A DNA stretch of 64,000 bases from Candidatus Levybacteria bacterium RIFCSPLOWO2_12_FULL_41_12 (GTDB taxonomy: Bacteria; Patescibacteriota; Microgenomatia; Levybacterales; UBA12049): positions 10,101 to 74,100 of the forward strand of contig MFPL01000007.1 of assembly GCA_001784155.1 (NCBI GenBank). Direction: 5' to 3'. Below, piece after piece: positions 45,214 to 55,445 of the stretch. The notes beneath the pieces were generated by a model, which made no database searches, was not told the DNA's origin, and worked only from the letters and a program-made list of their open reading frames with translations. The translations under genes and the position numbers were made by a program. The stretch's first letter is position 1, and the number at the start of each line of letters is the position of its first letter.

Positions 45214-48200
45214 ATGAAGAAAATAGTTTCCTGGATTTCAGACAATGTACTTTTTGTAGAAACAATATTTCTTCTGGCATTTATTCCCCTTTACCCAAAG
45301 CTTCCCTTACTGGATATTAAGAATACCTGGGTGTATATACGAGCGGAAGACTTTGTGGTTCTTTTTGTCTTACTTTCAATGCTAATCCTTCTTTTCAAAA
45401 GAAGGATTAGCCTCCGTACCCCATTAACGATCCCCATACTTGTTTTTTGGATTATTGGTGCAATTGCCACAATTCATGGTGTACTTCTTATTTTCCCCAA
45501 AATTGCAAATGTATTTCCCAATGTAGCTTTCCTAAGTTTAATGCGCCATATAGAGTACATGAGCCTTTTCTTTATTGCTTATCTTGGAATGAAGGATCCG
45601 AGAAGGCTGACTATTGTTATAGGGACTTTGGTTACGACACTTTCTGGAGTCGTTCTTTATGGGTTTGGCCAAAAGTATTTAGGTTTTCCTGCCTACCTGA
45701 CAATGAACGAAGAGTTTGCAAAAGGAGCCCCTATCACTCTCTCCGGACTCTCAAGGGTTCCGTCCACTTTTGCAGGACATTATGATCTGGCAGCATACCT
45801 AGTTCTTATAATCCCAATTCTTATTAGTTTAATTTTCGGATTTAAAAGTTGGTTAATAAGAGCAGCGTTAGCAACAGTTTCTCTATTAGGAATAGTTCTT
45901 CTTTTTATGACAGTTTCAAGAGTTTCTTTTTTTGTACTTTTTGTTTCGCTTCTTGTGGTTATATTTTTTCAAAAGAAAAAAGTAATACTTTTCTCAATCC
46001 CTGCAGCTATCTTATTAGGTTTTCTTTTTATAACATTTCAACCAACCCTACTTGATCGATTCAAAGGGACAGTGTCTGAAGTTGATGTTTTGGTTGACGC
46101 AAATACCGGAGAATCTGTGGGTCATGTAAGGTTTGTTTCTCAAGATTATTTTAAAGACAAAATAGTTTTGAGAAGAATAGTCAGGGATAAAGCAGATTTA
46201 GCGTATGCAATAATGGGTAAGGAGACAAGCGTTAAGGATCCTACAGAATCTGCGATTTATCCTTCCAGTCTTATTCCGGACAATTCGCCGCTTGTAACTG
46301 CAGTGAATGTTTCTAACGGTGAAAATCTTCCCCAGGGTACGGGATATATCAATTTGCCTCTTTCCCCTGTTGTGCAAAGACTCCCCAGCTTTTTCTATGA
46401 ACTTCCTCCTAATGTTAATGTGGAGTCCACTATTTCTGCTCAAATTCTCGTGATACAGGGAGACTTTATAGTTAAAAAAGCGTCTGCATACGATCTTTCC
46501 TTTACAACTAGATTTCAGGGAGAATGGCCTAGGGCGATAGAGGCATTCGAGCGAAACATTTTAGTGGGAAGCGGTTATGGATCTGTAAGTCTGGCTGTAG
46601 ATAATAATTATTTGCGTATATTAGGAGAAATTGGAATTCTGGGATTTACTTCATTTTTGGTTATATTTCTCTCTTTGGGAATTTATATAAAAAGATTTTA
46701 CCGTGATCTGGAGTCAAGCGTCTCAAAGAGTTTTGTATTGGGCTTCTCTGCAGGTTTAATCGGGCTTTCTCTCAACGCCCTGCTTATCGATGTTTTCGAG
46801 GCATCGAAGATCGCGTTTCTCCTATGGACTCTTGTAGGAATTACTTTGGCTATTTTGGTTTCGGGAGCAAAAAAAGAGCTTAATCTTTTTAGCGAGTTAA
46901 AAAAGGCAGCGACTTCAACATATGCCGTTTTCGTTTATCTATTCCTGCTTTCTATCGTGCTTTTCTCACCAATTATGGAAAATTATTTCGTAGGGGACGA
47001 CTTTACTTGGCTTAGATGGGCGGCAGACTGTAGGGATAAGTGTTCTTCATTTTCCTCAGTAATAAAATACTTTACAGAGTCTGATGGTTTTTTCTATAGG
47101 CCTGGAACTAAAATCTTCTTTGACTTTATGTATTCCACCTTCTGGCTAAATCAGAACGTGTATCACTTGGTATCAATACTGCTTCATTTTGCTGTAGCCT
47201 CGCTTTTCTATTTATTGGCTTTGAGAGTTTTAAGAAGAAAGATTTTGGCAGCATCTTCGGCTTTTCTTTTTCTCGTAATGGCGGGTCCTGCAGAGGCGGT
47301 TTTTTGGATTTCATCAGTCGGACATCTTTTTAATGCATTACTGGGACTATTAGGACTTATGTTATTTATATTGTGGGAAGAGAAGAGGAAGGCTTATTAC
47401 TATATCGGCGCGTTTGTTTCTTTTGCCCTAGCTCTTTTATTTCATGAACTTGGTATTGTATTTCCGCTTTTAGTTCTGGCGTATAAAATGAAGGATGGCT
47501 TTTTATCGGGAATTAGGCAAATGCTTGCAAGGCTCGACTTTTTGACTCTTTTCATACCTGGTATCGCTTATCTTTTCCTTCGCTATGCTTCCCACAGCCA
47601 TTGGTTTAGCGGGGACTATAGTTACGATATCCTAAAGCTTCCGTTTAATTTTTTCGGAAATATTCTGGGATACTTATCTCTTATAATCTTGGGACCAATT
47701 TCTCTCCCTTTTTACGAAACTTTAAGAAGCCTAGCAAGGGGACACATGATCCTGGGTATTGTTGCTATTTCTTTTTCTGCAATACTTCTTTACCTTGTCT
47801 ACCGTTTTGTTTATAAGAAGTTAAGTTCAGACGATAAAAGGGTTGTTTTATTTGGTATCGCGTTTTTCACCATAGCTTTACTACCGTTCCTAGGGCTTGG
47901 AAATATTACCTCAAGATACAGCTACCTTGCTTCCGTAGGTCCGATTTTAATACTGGTTATGCTTGCCCGGAAGTCATATGAGTATCTAAAGGCAAGCGGC
48001 AGGGAGATAGCTATTGGAGCATCCACTCTCATATTTTTGGTTTTTGCATTGTTTCATATAATTCAGGTCCAGCAAGCTTACTTTGATTGGCACGAAGCGG
48101 GAAAATACAGCAAGAACTTTTTCGTGTCCATTGATGCCTTGTATGATGATGAATGGTCAAAAGACGTAAGGTTCCACTTCGTAAATGTTCCCATAAGGCA

Positions 48201-48402
48201 TGGACAAGCATGGATTTTTCCGGTTGGGCTTTCGGACGCAGTTTGGTTTGCGTTCAAAAATGACGATACTAGAGTGTTCATTCACAATAGCCTGGAGGAG
48301 CTTGATTTGCCAAGTTATACAATAAACGATATAGTTCTGAGGTTTAATCCGGACGGAAGCGTTGAGCAGATTCACTTTATAAAGCCTCTCGTCGAGAATT
48401 GA
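45214..48402 (+). CDS. 1062-aa polytopic membrane fusion: O-antigen-ligase/polymerase-like N-terminal half plus GT-C (PMT/ArnT-like, DD-motif) C-terminal half
   Basis: N-half: 10+ helices with a ~200 aa external loop, as in Wzy_C/O-antigen-ligase proteins. C-half begins FVGDDFTWLRW (cf. TDDYAFLYY in 13382..15979) followed by more helices. Confidence 0.45.
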   Translation: MKKIVSWISDNVLFVETIFLLAFIPLYPKLPLLDIKNTWVYIRAEDFVVLFVLLSMLILLFKRRISLRTPLTIPILVFWIIGAIATIHGVLLIFPKIANVFPNVAFLSLMRHIEYMSLFFIAYLGMKDPRRLTIVIGTLVTTLSGVVLYGFGQKYLGFPAYLTMNEEFAKGAPITLSGLSRVPSTFAGHYDLAAYLVLIIPILISLIFGFKSWLIRAALATVSLLGIVLLFMTVSRVSFFVLFVSLLVVIFFQKKKVILFSIPAAILLGFLFITFQPTLLDRFKGTVSEVDVLVDANTGESVGHVRFVSQDYFKDKIVLRRIVRDKADLAYAIMGKETSVKDPTESAIYPSSLIPDNSPLVTAVNVSNGENLPQGTGYINLPLSPVVQRLPSFFYELPPNVNVESTISAQILVIQGDFIVKKASAYDLSFTTRFQGEWPRAIEAFERNILVGSGYGSVSLAVDNNYLRILGEIGILGFTSFLVIFLSLGIYIKRFYRDLESSVSKSFVLGFSAGLIGLSLNALLIDVFEASKIAFLLWTLVGITLAILVSGAKKELNLFSELKKAATSTYAVFVYLFLLSIVLFSPIMENYFVGDDFTWLRWAADCRDKCSSFSSVIKYFTESDGFFYRPGTKIFFDFMYSTFWLNQNVYHLVSILLHFAVASLFYLLALRVLRRKILAASSAFLFLVMAGPAEAVFWISSVGHLFNALLGLLGLMLFILWEEKRKAYYYIGAFVSFALALLFHELGIVFPLLVLAYKMKDGFLSGIRQMLARLDFLTLFIPGIAYLFLRYASHSHWFSGDYSYDILKLPFNFFGNILGYLSLIILGPISLPFYETLRSLARGHMILGIVAISFSAILLYLVYRFVYKKLSSDDKRVVLFGIAFFTIALLPFLGLGNITSRYSYLASVGPILILVMLARKSYEYLKASGREIAIGASTLIFLVFALFHIIQVQQAYFDWHEAGKYSKNFFVSIDALYDDEWSKDVRFHFVNVPIRHGQAWIFPVGLSDAVWFAFKNDDTRVFIHNSLEELDLPSYTINDIVLRFNPDGSVEQIHFIKPLVEN

Positions 48403-48434
48403 TAATAGCTTCCCAATAAATTAGAATAATCTTA

Positions 48435-49874
48435 ATGGCTAAACTAAAAATAGTCCTATTGGTTTTAGTTCTTCTGCTCGGATTTATTCTCCGCCTTTAC
48501 AAATTCAACGGGCCAATAGCAGATTGGCATTCATGGCGTCAGTCAGATACCTCATCTGTTTCTCGAAGTTTTGTTAAGGATGGGTTTGACATTCTTCATC
48601 CGCGTTTCCATGATTTATCCAGTACTCCAACGGGCCGGGACAATCCTCAAGGCTATCGTTTTGTAGAGTTTCCCATCTACAACATTTTACAGGCCGCGTC
48701 TTTTGAAGCGTTTGGTATCTTCTCCTTGGAAGAATGGGGAAGACTGGTAACGATTTTCTCCTCAACCCTATCTTCCCTTTTCATCTATTTGATAGTGAAA
48801 AAAAGAGCCGGGTTTACTGCAGGTATTTTTTCTGCTGCCTTTTTTTCTTTACTTCCATACAGCATTTATTACGGAAGAGTTATACTGCCTGATCCTTCGA
48901 TGTCTGCCTCTATTCTGGGAGGAATTTACTTTTTTGACAAGTGGATAGAAAATCCCTCTCTCAGGAGGGTCAGTTTAATTTTCTTCGCAGGTTCTCTTAT
49001 TCTTACCGCAGTGGCCTTGCTACTTAAACCTTTTGCAATATTTTTCACTATTCCTATGATTTATCTGGCTGTTAAAAAGTTTGGCAGGAAGAGCTTCAAA
49101 AGTCCTTATCTCTGGGTTTTTGTCGTGTTAACTCTTTTGCCTTTGGTTTTGTGGAGAGTATGGATGACTCAATTTCCTGAAGGAATACCGCACAATACAT
49201 GGCTTTTTAACGAGGGTAACATAAGATTTAAGGGATCGTTTTTCTACTGGATATTTGCTGATAGAGTAGGAAGATTAATCTTAGGTTACTGGGGAATAGC
49301 AATATTTATTTTTGGTTTTTTTGCAAAGTTTAAAAAAGAGGATTTCTTATTTTTCTTGTCCTTTATCTTATCATCTCTTTTATATCTTTTTGTTGTAGCG
49401 CGCGGAAACGTCCAGCATGATTATTATCAGATTTTAATTCTTCCTACGGTTGCGATTTTTATGGGTCTGGGTACAAATTTTCTATTGAGAAGCGCGCGTG
49501 ATTTTTCTTCAAAATACGTAGGTCCCGGTGTTTTTATTGTATCTTTTGTGTTCTGTCTAATGTTTTCCTGGTATTTTATTAGAGACTATTACAACATAAA
49601 TAATCCTGCAATTATAAAGGTAGGACAGGAAGCTAACAGAGTAATTCCGGAAGGTTCTAAGGTTATCGCGCCGTACGGCGGAGATACTTCGTTTTTATAC
49701 CAAACAAAAAGATCCGGGTGGCCGGTTTTTGATAGATCACTTCCAGAGCTTATAGACGCGGGTGCCGGATATCTAATACTTCTTAATCCCACTATTGGTG
49801 AGCTAAAAGATTTTGGTATATACGAGACAATAAGTGAAGGTTCAGATTTCGTGATATTTAAGCTTGTACAATGA
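48435..49874 (+). CDS. GT-C (ArnT/PMT-like) polytopic membrane glycosyltransferase
   Basis: WHSWRQSDTSSVSRSFVKDGFDILHPRF first-loop motif after a TM helix. About 11 helices. Confidence 0.55.
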   Translation: MAKLKIVLLVLVLLLGFILRLYKFNGPIADWHSWRQSDTSSVSRSFVKDGFDILHPRFHDLSSTPTGRDNPQGYRFVEFPIYNILQAASFEAFGIFSLEEWGRLVTIFSSTLSSLFIYLIVKKRAGFTAGIFSAAFFSLLPYSIYYGRVILPDPSMSASILGGIYFFDKWIENPSLRRVSLIFFAGSLILTAVALLLKPFAIFFTIPMIYLAVKKFGRKSFKSPYLWVFVVLTLLPLVLWRVWMTQFPEGIPHNTWLFNEGNIRFKGSFFYWIFADRVGRLILGYWGIAIFIFGFFAKFKKEDFLFFLSFILSSLLYLFVVARGNVQHDYYQILILPTVAIFMGLGTNFLLRSARDFSSKYVGPGVFIVSFVFCLMFSWYFIRDYYNINNPAIIKVGQEANRVIPEGSKVIAPYGGDTSFLYQTKRSGWPVFDRSLPELIDAGAGYLILLNPTIGELKDFGIYETISEGSDFVIFKLVQ

Positions 49875-51040
49875 AAATACTTTTGATTTCATCTTTTCTT
49901 CCCTACCCTCTCCTATCGGGAGGAAATATCAGGCTTTACAACATACTAAAATATCTTCAAAAAAATCATGAGGTAGTCCTGGTGTGTGAGAAGAGGTCAT
50001 ATCAGAAAGAAGCAGACATAAAAAGGGTGGAAGAAGTATGCAGTAGAGTAATAACCGTTCCGCGTAAGAAACAGTGGTCTGTATCAAATATTCTTAAGAC
50101 CGCTTTTTCAAAGAGCCCGTTTCTCCTAGTGGGTCATGAAAGTAGCGAAATTAAAAAAATAGTCTCAAAGCTTTTGGAAGAAGAAAAGTTTGATCTTATA
50201 CACGTTGAGACTTTCTACGTGATGCACAATTTGCCTAAAACTAATCTGCCCGTTGTTCTAGTTGAGCATAACATTGAATATTTGATTTACGAAAGGTTTG
50301 CCCGGAATGCATTTCCCATACTTCGCCCGTTTTTAATGATAGATGTAGCAAAGCTTAAAAGGGAAGAAGAAAAGGCTTGGGATAGAGCATCGGCCTTGGT
50401 AGCAGTTTCTAAAAAAGAGAAAGAACTTATGGGAAGAGATAATGTCGAAGTAGTTCCTAACGGTGCAGATGTAGATAAATTCAAGCTTAAAAATTATAAA
50501 AAAGGGTTAAATAAAAAGATTCTTTTTATTGGGGATTTTAAGTATATCCAAAATCAGGATTCAGCAAGGTGGATAATAAGAAATATATGGCCACTCATCT
50601 CTGCCAATAATAAAAACGTTACTCTTTGGATCGTAGGAAAAAACGCAGTAGACAGAGTAGGCAGCTACAAAAGAGAAGGTATTGTTTTGGAAGATAACCC
50701 TACCTCTAAAACTGAAGACATCTTTCAGCAAGCAGACATTCTACTCGCTCCTATAAGAGTTGGTGGAGGTACGAGTCTTAAGATACTTGAGGCAATGGCA
50801 TCAGGCCTCCCCGTGGTTACAACATTACTTGGTAATGAAGGAATAGGGGCAAAAGACAGCGAAGAAATTATAGTTGCAGAAGAGCCTTGGGAATTCTCAA
50901 ATAAAATTACTGATATTCTTTGGAATGAGGGAAGAATAAAGGAGATTGGTAAAAATGCGCGAGTCTTTATTGAAAAAAATTATAAATGGGAGAAGATAAC
51001 GGAAAAGCTGAATGATGTGTATGAAAGAGTGGTTAAATGA
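49871..51040 (+). CDS. GT4 (GT-B) glycosyltransferase
   Basis: MKILLISSFLPYPLLSGGNIRLYNILKYL N-terminus. C-terminal GGGTSLKILEAMASGLPVVTT. Confidence 0.8.
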   Translation: MKILLISSFLPYPLLSGGNIRLYNILKYLQKNHEVVLVCEKRSYQKEADIKRVEEVCSRVITVPRKKQWSVSNILKTAFSKSPFLLVGHESSEIKKIVSKLLEEEKFDLIHVETFYVMHNLPKTNLPVVLVEHNIEYLIYERFARNAFPILRPFLMIDVAKLKREEEKAWDRASALVAVSKKEKELMGRDNVEVVPNGADVDKFKLKNYKKGLNKKILFIGDFKYIQNQDSARWIIRNIWPLISANNKNVTLWIVGKNAVDRVGSYKREGIVLEDNPTSKTEDIFQQADILLAPIRVGGGTSLKILEAMASGLPVVTTLLGNEGIGAKDSEEIIVAEEPWEFSNKITDILWNEGRIKEIGKNARVFIEKNYKWEKITEKLNDVYERVVK

Positions 51041-51948
51041 CAGAACTATCTATAATTATAGTTAACTATAATTCTTTGGACTTTATATCTCGGTGTATAG
51101 AATCGATTAAGGAGAATTCACTTAAGGAGTTAAAGAATGGAGAATACGAGATAATTGTTATCGATAATGCCTCAAGAGACGGAAGCCAAGAATTTTTAAA
51201 AAATCTGGATGGAATAATTTTTGTTCCAAACGAAAACAACTTAGGCTTTTCAAAGGCAAACAATATTGGAGTAAAAAAATCCAAAGGCCGATATGTTCTT
51301 TTTTTAAACCCGGACACCATAATTCATAGGAATACCCTTTCTAAGATGGTTGAGTTTATGAATCAAAATAAAGATGTGGGGGCAGCCACGTGTAAGGTTT
51401 TTATTTCTGAAAGCGAAATAGATGACGCATCTCATAGAGGGTTTCCTACGCCTTGGAATTCTTTGATGTATTTTTCAGGGATGTCTAAGCTTTTTCCCAA
51501 GTCTCGGATATTTAACGGTTACAATATGGGATGGATCGATTTAAACAAAACGCACGAAATAGATGCGCTTGCAGGAGCATTTATGATGGTAAGACGTGTT
51601 GCGGGTGAGGACGTAGGCTGGTGGGATGAGGACTATTTTTTCTATGGGGAAGATCTCGATTTCTGCTATATGCTTAAAAAAAAGAGATGGAAGGTTTATT
51701 TTGTCGCAGAGGTATCAGCCTTTCATTATAAAGGAGTTTCCGGAGGAATAAAAAAGACATCCGAGGGAATTACTACCGCAGATCTTGAGACAAAGATTCT
51801 TGCCACCAATTCTCGTTTCCAAGCAATGAAAATTTTCTATGATAAACATTATTCATCAAAATACCCCTTCTTCGTAACAGAACTCGTTAAACTGGCAATT
51901 ACACTAAAGCTATGGAGAAGTCTTCGAAAACTCAAAAAATCCTCTTAA
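51037..51948 (+). CDS. GT2 (GT-A) glycosyltransferase
   Basis: LSIIIVNYNSLDFISRCIESI...IVIDNASRDGS...FLNPDT. Confidence 0.8.
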   Translation: MTELSIIIVNYNSLDFISRCIESIKENSLKELKNGEYEIIVIDNASRDGSQEFLKNLDGIIFVPNENNLGFSKANNIGVKKSKGRYVLFLNPDTIIHRNTLSKMVEFMNQNKDVGAATCKVFISESEIDDASHRGFPTPWNSLMYFSGMSKLFPKSRIFNGYNMGWIDLNKTHEIDALAGAFMMVRRVAGEDVGWWDEDYFFYGEDLDFCYMLKKKRWKVYFVAEVSAFHYKGVSGGIKKTSEGITTADLETKILATNSRFQAMKIFYDKHYSSKYPFFVTELVKLAITLKLWRSLRKLKKSS

Positions 51949-51969
51949 GACAGAAGAATTAAATTCGGA

Positions 51970-51997
51970 TTGACAATCCAAGAAAAAGTGATATTAT
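51970..51997 (+). promoter_or_regulatory. Sigma70-like promoter (TTGACA-16 nt-TATTAT) ending 10 nt before the ATG of the anomalous ORF (leaderless-type)
   Basis: ttgacaatccaagaaaaagtgatattat. No SD between the -10 element and ATG 52008. Confidence 0.45.
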
Positions 51998-52007
51998 TAC
52001 GTTTATT

Positions 52008-53054
52008 ATGGCAGGAGAACGACTAGCAGGAGGTTCCGCAGGAGTAGATGCAAGAGCAGCACAAGGCCCAATTCCTCCAGATTTTGAACAAGCAATAGTA
52101 AAAGTAGATACAGTTCTTGACTTAGTTCAAACACATGTTGTAGGTAAATTTCCAAACGCTACAGTTGACGGTATTGGTTTCGTAGATCCAGATGGGAGTC
52201 TCTGGCATTTATCTCTTCTTCAAAGAAATGCGGCAGGAAGAGTAAGTCTTTTTAACCTGCAAAACCCTAACGAAAGCGATCTGTATGAATCATTTACAAT
52301 AGGGGGTAGGATGTCAGCAAGACCTAGCGCAGTTTCTATGATTACGACAGACCATATTAATCCGCGAAGAGAAAGATGGGACAAGGAAACAGAGTTAGAA
52401 GTTGCTACATTGGCAGAGGCTAGGCTTAGAAGCTTACTAGGTATTCCTCAACCAAAAACAGAAAGACAACTTATTGAGGAAACACTTGAGCATGTCGCAA
52501 TTCATAATATTATAGATCAAGTTGAGCAGCCTCAAACATTCGAACAAGTGTATGCTGACTTAGAAAGTTATTTTTGGCAACAATTGCAACCCCCTACAAA
52601 CAAGTTAGTTGATTATACGCTGGACGAGGGTGCTGAGCTTGACTTGATTTATGATTCTTTTGATTCTGATATATTGAAGCTATTAGAAGGAGAAGATATC
52701 CATATGCCTAGTCCTGAATCTGGAGTTTCGATTCCGGTTCCGGAGCCGGATACTGCATTTATTAGGCTTTCAGATGATGCTCAAGGAAGGGTAATTAGAC
52801 TTGGTTTTACTTTTAAAGGTGAGTCAGAAGGCCAACCTTCTGAAAACTTTGGAATTGAAATAAATTTAGCAGAAGCACATGGAACTGTTGACATTTACGA
52901 ATCGCGTACGTCTCCCGATGGGACGCCTCAAGGAGCAGAAGAAAGAGTGAAGACAGAAAAAGCACAGCCAACCCCAGATCAAATGCGAAATATAGCACGA
53001 ATTCTTGATAAATATTCACACTCTGGCGCGATAACTTATCGGGCTACAAGGTGA
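52008..53054 (+). CDS. Hypothetical acidic, Lys-poor soluble protein of atypical composition (no recognisable domain)
   Basis: 348-aa ORF of higher GC and G/C-rich codon choice. About 3 % Lys versus about 10 % in its neighbours. Asp/Glu-rich. No TM or signal peptide. Has its own promoter and is followed by a 176-bp spacer. Confidence 0.55.
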   Translation: MAGERLAGGSAGVDARAAQGPIPPDFEQAIVKVDTVLDLVQTHVVGKFPNATVDGIGFVDPDGSLWHLSLLQRNAAGRVSLFNLQNPNESDLYESFTIGGRMSARPSAVSMITTDHINPRRERWDKETELEVATLAEARLRSLLGIPQPKTERQLIEETLEHVAIHNIIDQVEQPQTFEQVYADLESYFWQQLQPPTNKLVDYTLDEGAELDLIYDSFDSDILKLLEGEDIHMPSPESGVSIPVPEPDTAFIRLSDDAQGRVIRLGFTFKGESEGQPSENFGIEINLAEAHGTVDIYESRTSPDGTPQGAEERVKTEKAQPTPDQMRNIARILDKYSHSGAITYRATR

Positions 53055-53132
53055 GCTCCCGTTGCTGCATAACGACATCTAGAATTCACTTCAGTAATTA
53101 ATCCCATATTCACCTCAAGAGTAAACTACTCT

Positions 53133-53161
53133 TTGACTACATTCTATAAAAAGTCTATATT
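53133..53161 (+). promoter_or_regulatory. Sigma70-like promoter (TTGACT-17 nt-TATATT) upstream of the GT4 gene at 53231
   Basis: ttgactacattctataaaaagtctatatt. A second TATAAT sits about 9 nt before the ATG (gatataattagcctATG). Confidence 0.4.
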
Positions 53162-53230
53162 TTCCCGTTTGGGTCCTTTGACAAACTAAGAACTATAGCA
53201 CCCCCCGCATCTATCGGATATAATTAGCCT

Positions 53231-54340
53231 ATGTTAATAGGTATTGATGTAAGGCTTTGGTCACAGACCGGAGTAGGAAGATACATAAGAAATCTTGTTT
53301 TAAATTTAGAGACTCTTGATCAGAGGAATAAATACATTCTGTTTGCGATAGAAGAAGATGTAGAAGGTATCAGGAAGGCTCTAGGAAATGACAACTTTAA
53401 AATCGTACCGACTGACGTAAGATGGCATACGCTTTCGGAACAAACTAAATTTAGGAGAATTATTAATAGAGAAAACTTAGATTTAGTGCACTTTCCCTAT
53501 TTTTCCCTTCCTGTTTTTTACCAAGGGTCGTATGTCCTGACTGTCCATGATTTAATCTTAAACCATTTTCCTACAGGTAAGGCTTCCACCAAAAATTTAC
53601 TTTACTATAATTTGAAAAGACGTGCATATCTTTTTGTTATAAAAAGGGCCGCCAGAAATGCGAAGAAGATTATTGCAGTTTCAGCTGCAACCAAGCATGA
53701 GATCGTAGATCATCTCGGCGTAGATGGAAATAAGGTTTCAGTAATTTATGAAGGAGTAGAAGGCTTTGTTATTTCGAAAGAAAATGCGTCAAAGCCTAAA
53801 GATCCCTACGTTTTATATGTGGGAAATGTTTATCCTCACAAAAATAGCGAGAGAATGATTCTAGCGTTTTTAAAAGCAGATAAGCCTCGGGATGCCAAGT
53901 TAATTTTCGTTGGAAAGGAGGATTTTTTCTACGATAATCTAAAACGTAAGGTAGGAAAGCTAGATACAAAAGGTTCTATTAAATTTTACGGCTACGTTGA
54001 TGACGTAAGGCTTGCCTCGCTTTATAAAAACGCAAGCGCTTTGATAACACCATCCCTAATGGAAGGATTTGGGCTGCCTGTTCTTGAGGCAATGGTTAAC
54101 GGCTGTTTGGTGCTCTGCTCAAGCATTCCGTCTTTGCGTGAAATCGCAGGAGCCTCGGCAATCTATTTTGATCCAATGGACATACATGATATGTCTCGGA
54201 AAATTGAATTTGCACTTTCTGGTTCAAATAAAGAAGCGTACGTAAATAAAGGATTAGTAAGATCAAAGAATTTCTCATGGAAAAAAATGGCGAAAGAAAC
54301 ACTTAAAGTTTATGACTCTTCGACAAGCCCAGAGTCATAG
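53231..54340 (+). CDS. GT4 (GT-B) glycosyltransferase
   Basis: MLIGIDVRLWSQTGVGRYIRNL. EGFGLPVLEAMVNGCLVLCSSIPSLREIAG. Confidence 0.8.
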   Translation: MLIGIDVRLWSQTGVGRYIRNLVLNLETLDQRNKYILFAIEEDVEGIRKALGNDNFKIVPTDVRWHTLSEQTKFRRIINRENLDLVHFPYFSLPVFYQGSYVLTVHDLILNHFPTGKASTKNLLYYNLKRRAYLFVIKRAARNAKKIIAVSAATKHEIVDHLGVDGNKVSVIYEGVEGFVISKENASKPKDPYVLYVGNVYPHKNSERMILAFLKADKPRDAKLIFVGKEDFFYDNLKRKVGKLDTKGSIKFYGYVDDVRLASLYKNASALITPSLMEGFGLPVLEAMVNGCLVLCSSIPSLREIAGASAIYFDPMDIHDMSRKIEFALSGSNKEAYVNKGLVRSKNFSWKKMAKETLKVYDSSTSPES

Positions 54341-54356
54341 TGAGTTTATCGAATCT

Positions 54357-55445
54357 ATGAAGGTGGCTTTAGTTTATGATCGTGTTAACAAATGGGGAGG
54401 CGCAGAAAGAGTTCTCTTGGCGCTTCATAAAATGTTCCCCAGGGCTCCGCTTTTTACCTCTGTTTATAACGAGGAAACCGCAGGGTGGGCCGGGATTTTT
54501 GATATAAAAACCTCTTTTCTTCAGTCCTTTCCCCTAGCGCGCAGAAAGCATGAATTATACGCTACTTTTATGCCCCTGGCTTTTGAGTCTTTAAGCTTTG
54601 ATGGATACGATTTGGTAATTTCGCTTTCAAGCGAAGCATCCAAGGGAATAATTACAAAGCCTGGGACTTGCCATATATGCTACTGTCTCACCCCGACTAG
54701 ATATCTTTGGAGCGGATACGGAGACTATTTTAAAAACCCGCTCCTTAGGTTTCTCTCCAAGCCAGCAGTTTCTTACTTAAAGAGCTGGGATTTAGTGGCC
54801 TCTCAAAGGCCTGACTACTACGCCTCAATTTCAAAAGAAGTTGCAGGTAGGGTTAGGAAATATTATGGCAGAGACTCCATTATTATTTATCCGCCTGTTG
54901 CAGGTATTGGAAGAAATGTAAATTCAAAAAAGGAAGATTTCTATCTCCTAGTAAGCAGACCCGTTCCCTATAAGAGAATAGATATTGCTATTGAGGTATT
55001 TAAGAATAATGGGAAAAAATTAAAAATAGTTGGAGCAGGTTTGGGCGAGCGGTTTTTAAAAGGGTCGTTACCAAACAATATAGAAGTTTTAGGAGATGTT
55101 TCAGATGAAGCGCTTTTTGATCTGTATCAACGGGCAAATGCTTTAATTTTTCCCGGAAGGGAAGATTTTGGATTAGTTATGGCAGAGGCCCAGTCTTTTG
55201 GCACTCCGGTAGTGGCTTTTGGAGGAGGGGGTGCGCTTGAGATCATTGAGGAGGGAAGAACTGGAGAGTTTTTTAACAAACACGACAGCTCATCGCTTCA
55301 GGCTACGTTGGAAATGTTTGACAAGAAAAGCTATAATTCAGAATATATAAAGGAAAGAGCTTTAAGGTTTGGTCCCCAAAGGTTTGAGAAAGAGTTCTTA
55401 AATTTTGTGGAAAATAGTTTGAGTGCGTATTCAGAAAAAATATGA
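54357..55445 (+). CDS. GT4 (GT-B) glycosyltransferase
   Basis: MKVALVYDRVNKWGGAERVLLAL N-terminus. Start taken at the internal ATG; the track ORF extends 45 nt further, into the upstream gene. C-terminal GREDFGLVMAEAQSFGTPVVAFGGGGALEII. Confidence 0.75.
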   Translation: MKVALVYDRVNKWGGAERVLLALHKMFPRAPLFTSVYNEETAGWAGIFDIKTSFLQSFPLARRKHELYATFMPLAFESLSFDGYDLVISLSSEASKGIITKPGTCHICYCLTPTRYLWSGYGDYFKNPLLRFLSKPAVSYLKSWDLVASQRPDYYASISKEVAGRVRKYYGRDSIIIYPPVAGIGRNVNSKKEDFYLLVSRPVPYKRIDIAIEVFKNNGKKLKIVGAGLGERFLKGSLPNNIEVLGDVSDEALFDLYQRANALIFPGREDFGLVMAEAQSFGTPVVAFGGGGALEIIEEGRTGEFFNKHDSSSLQATLEMFDKKSYNSEYIKERALRFGPQRFEKEFLNFVENSLSAYSEKI

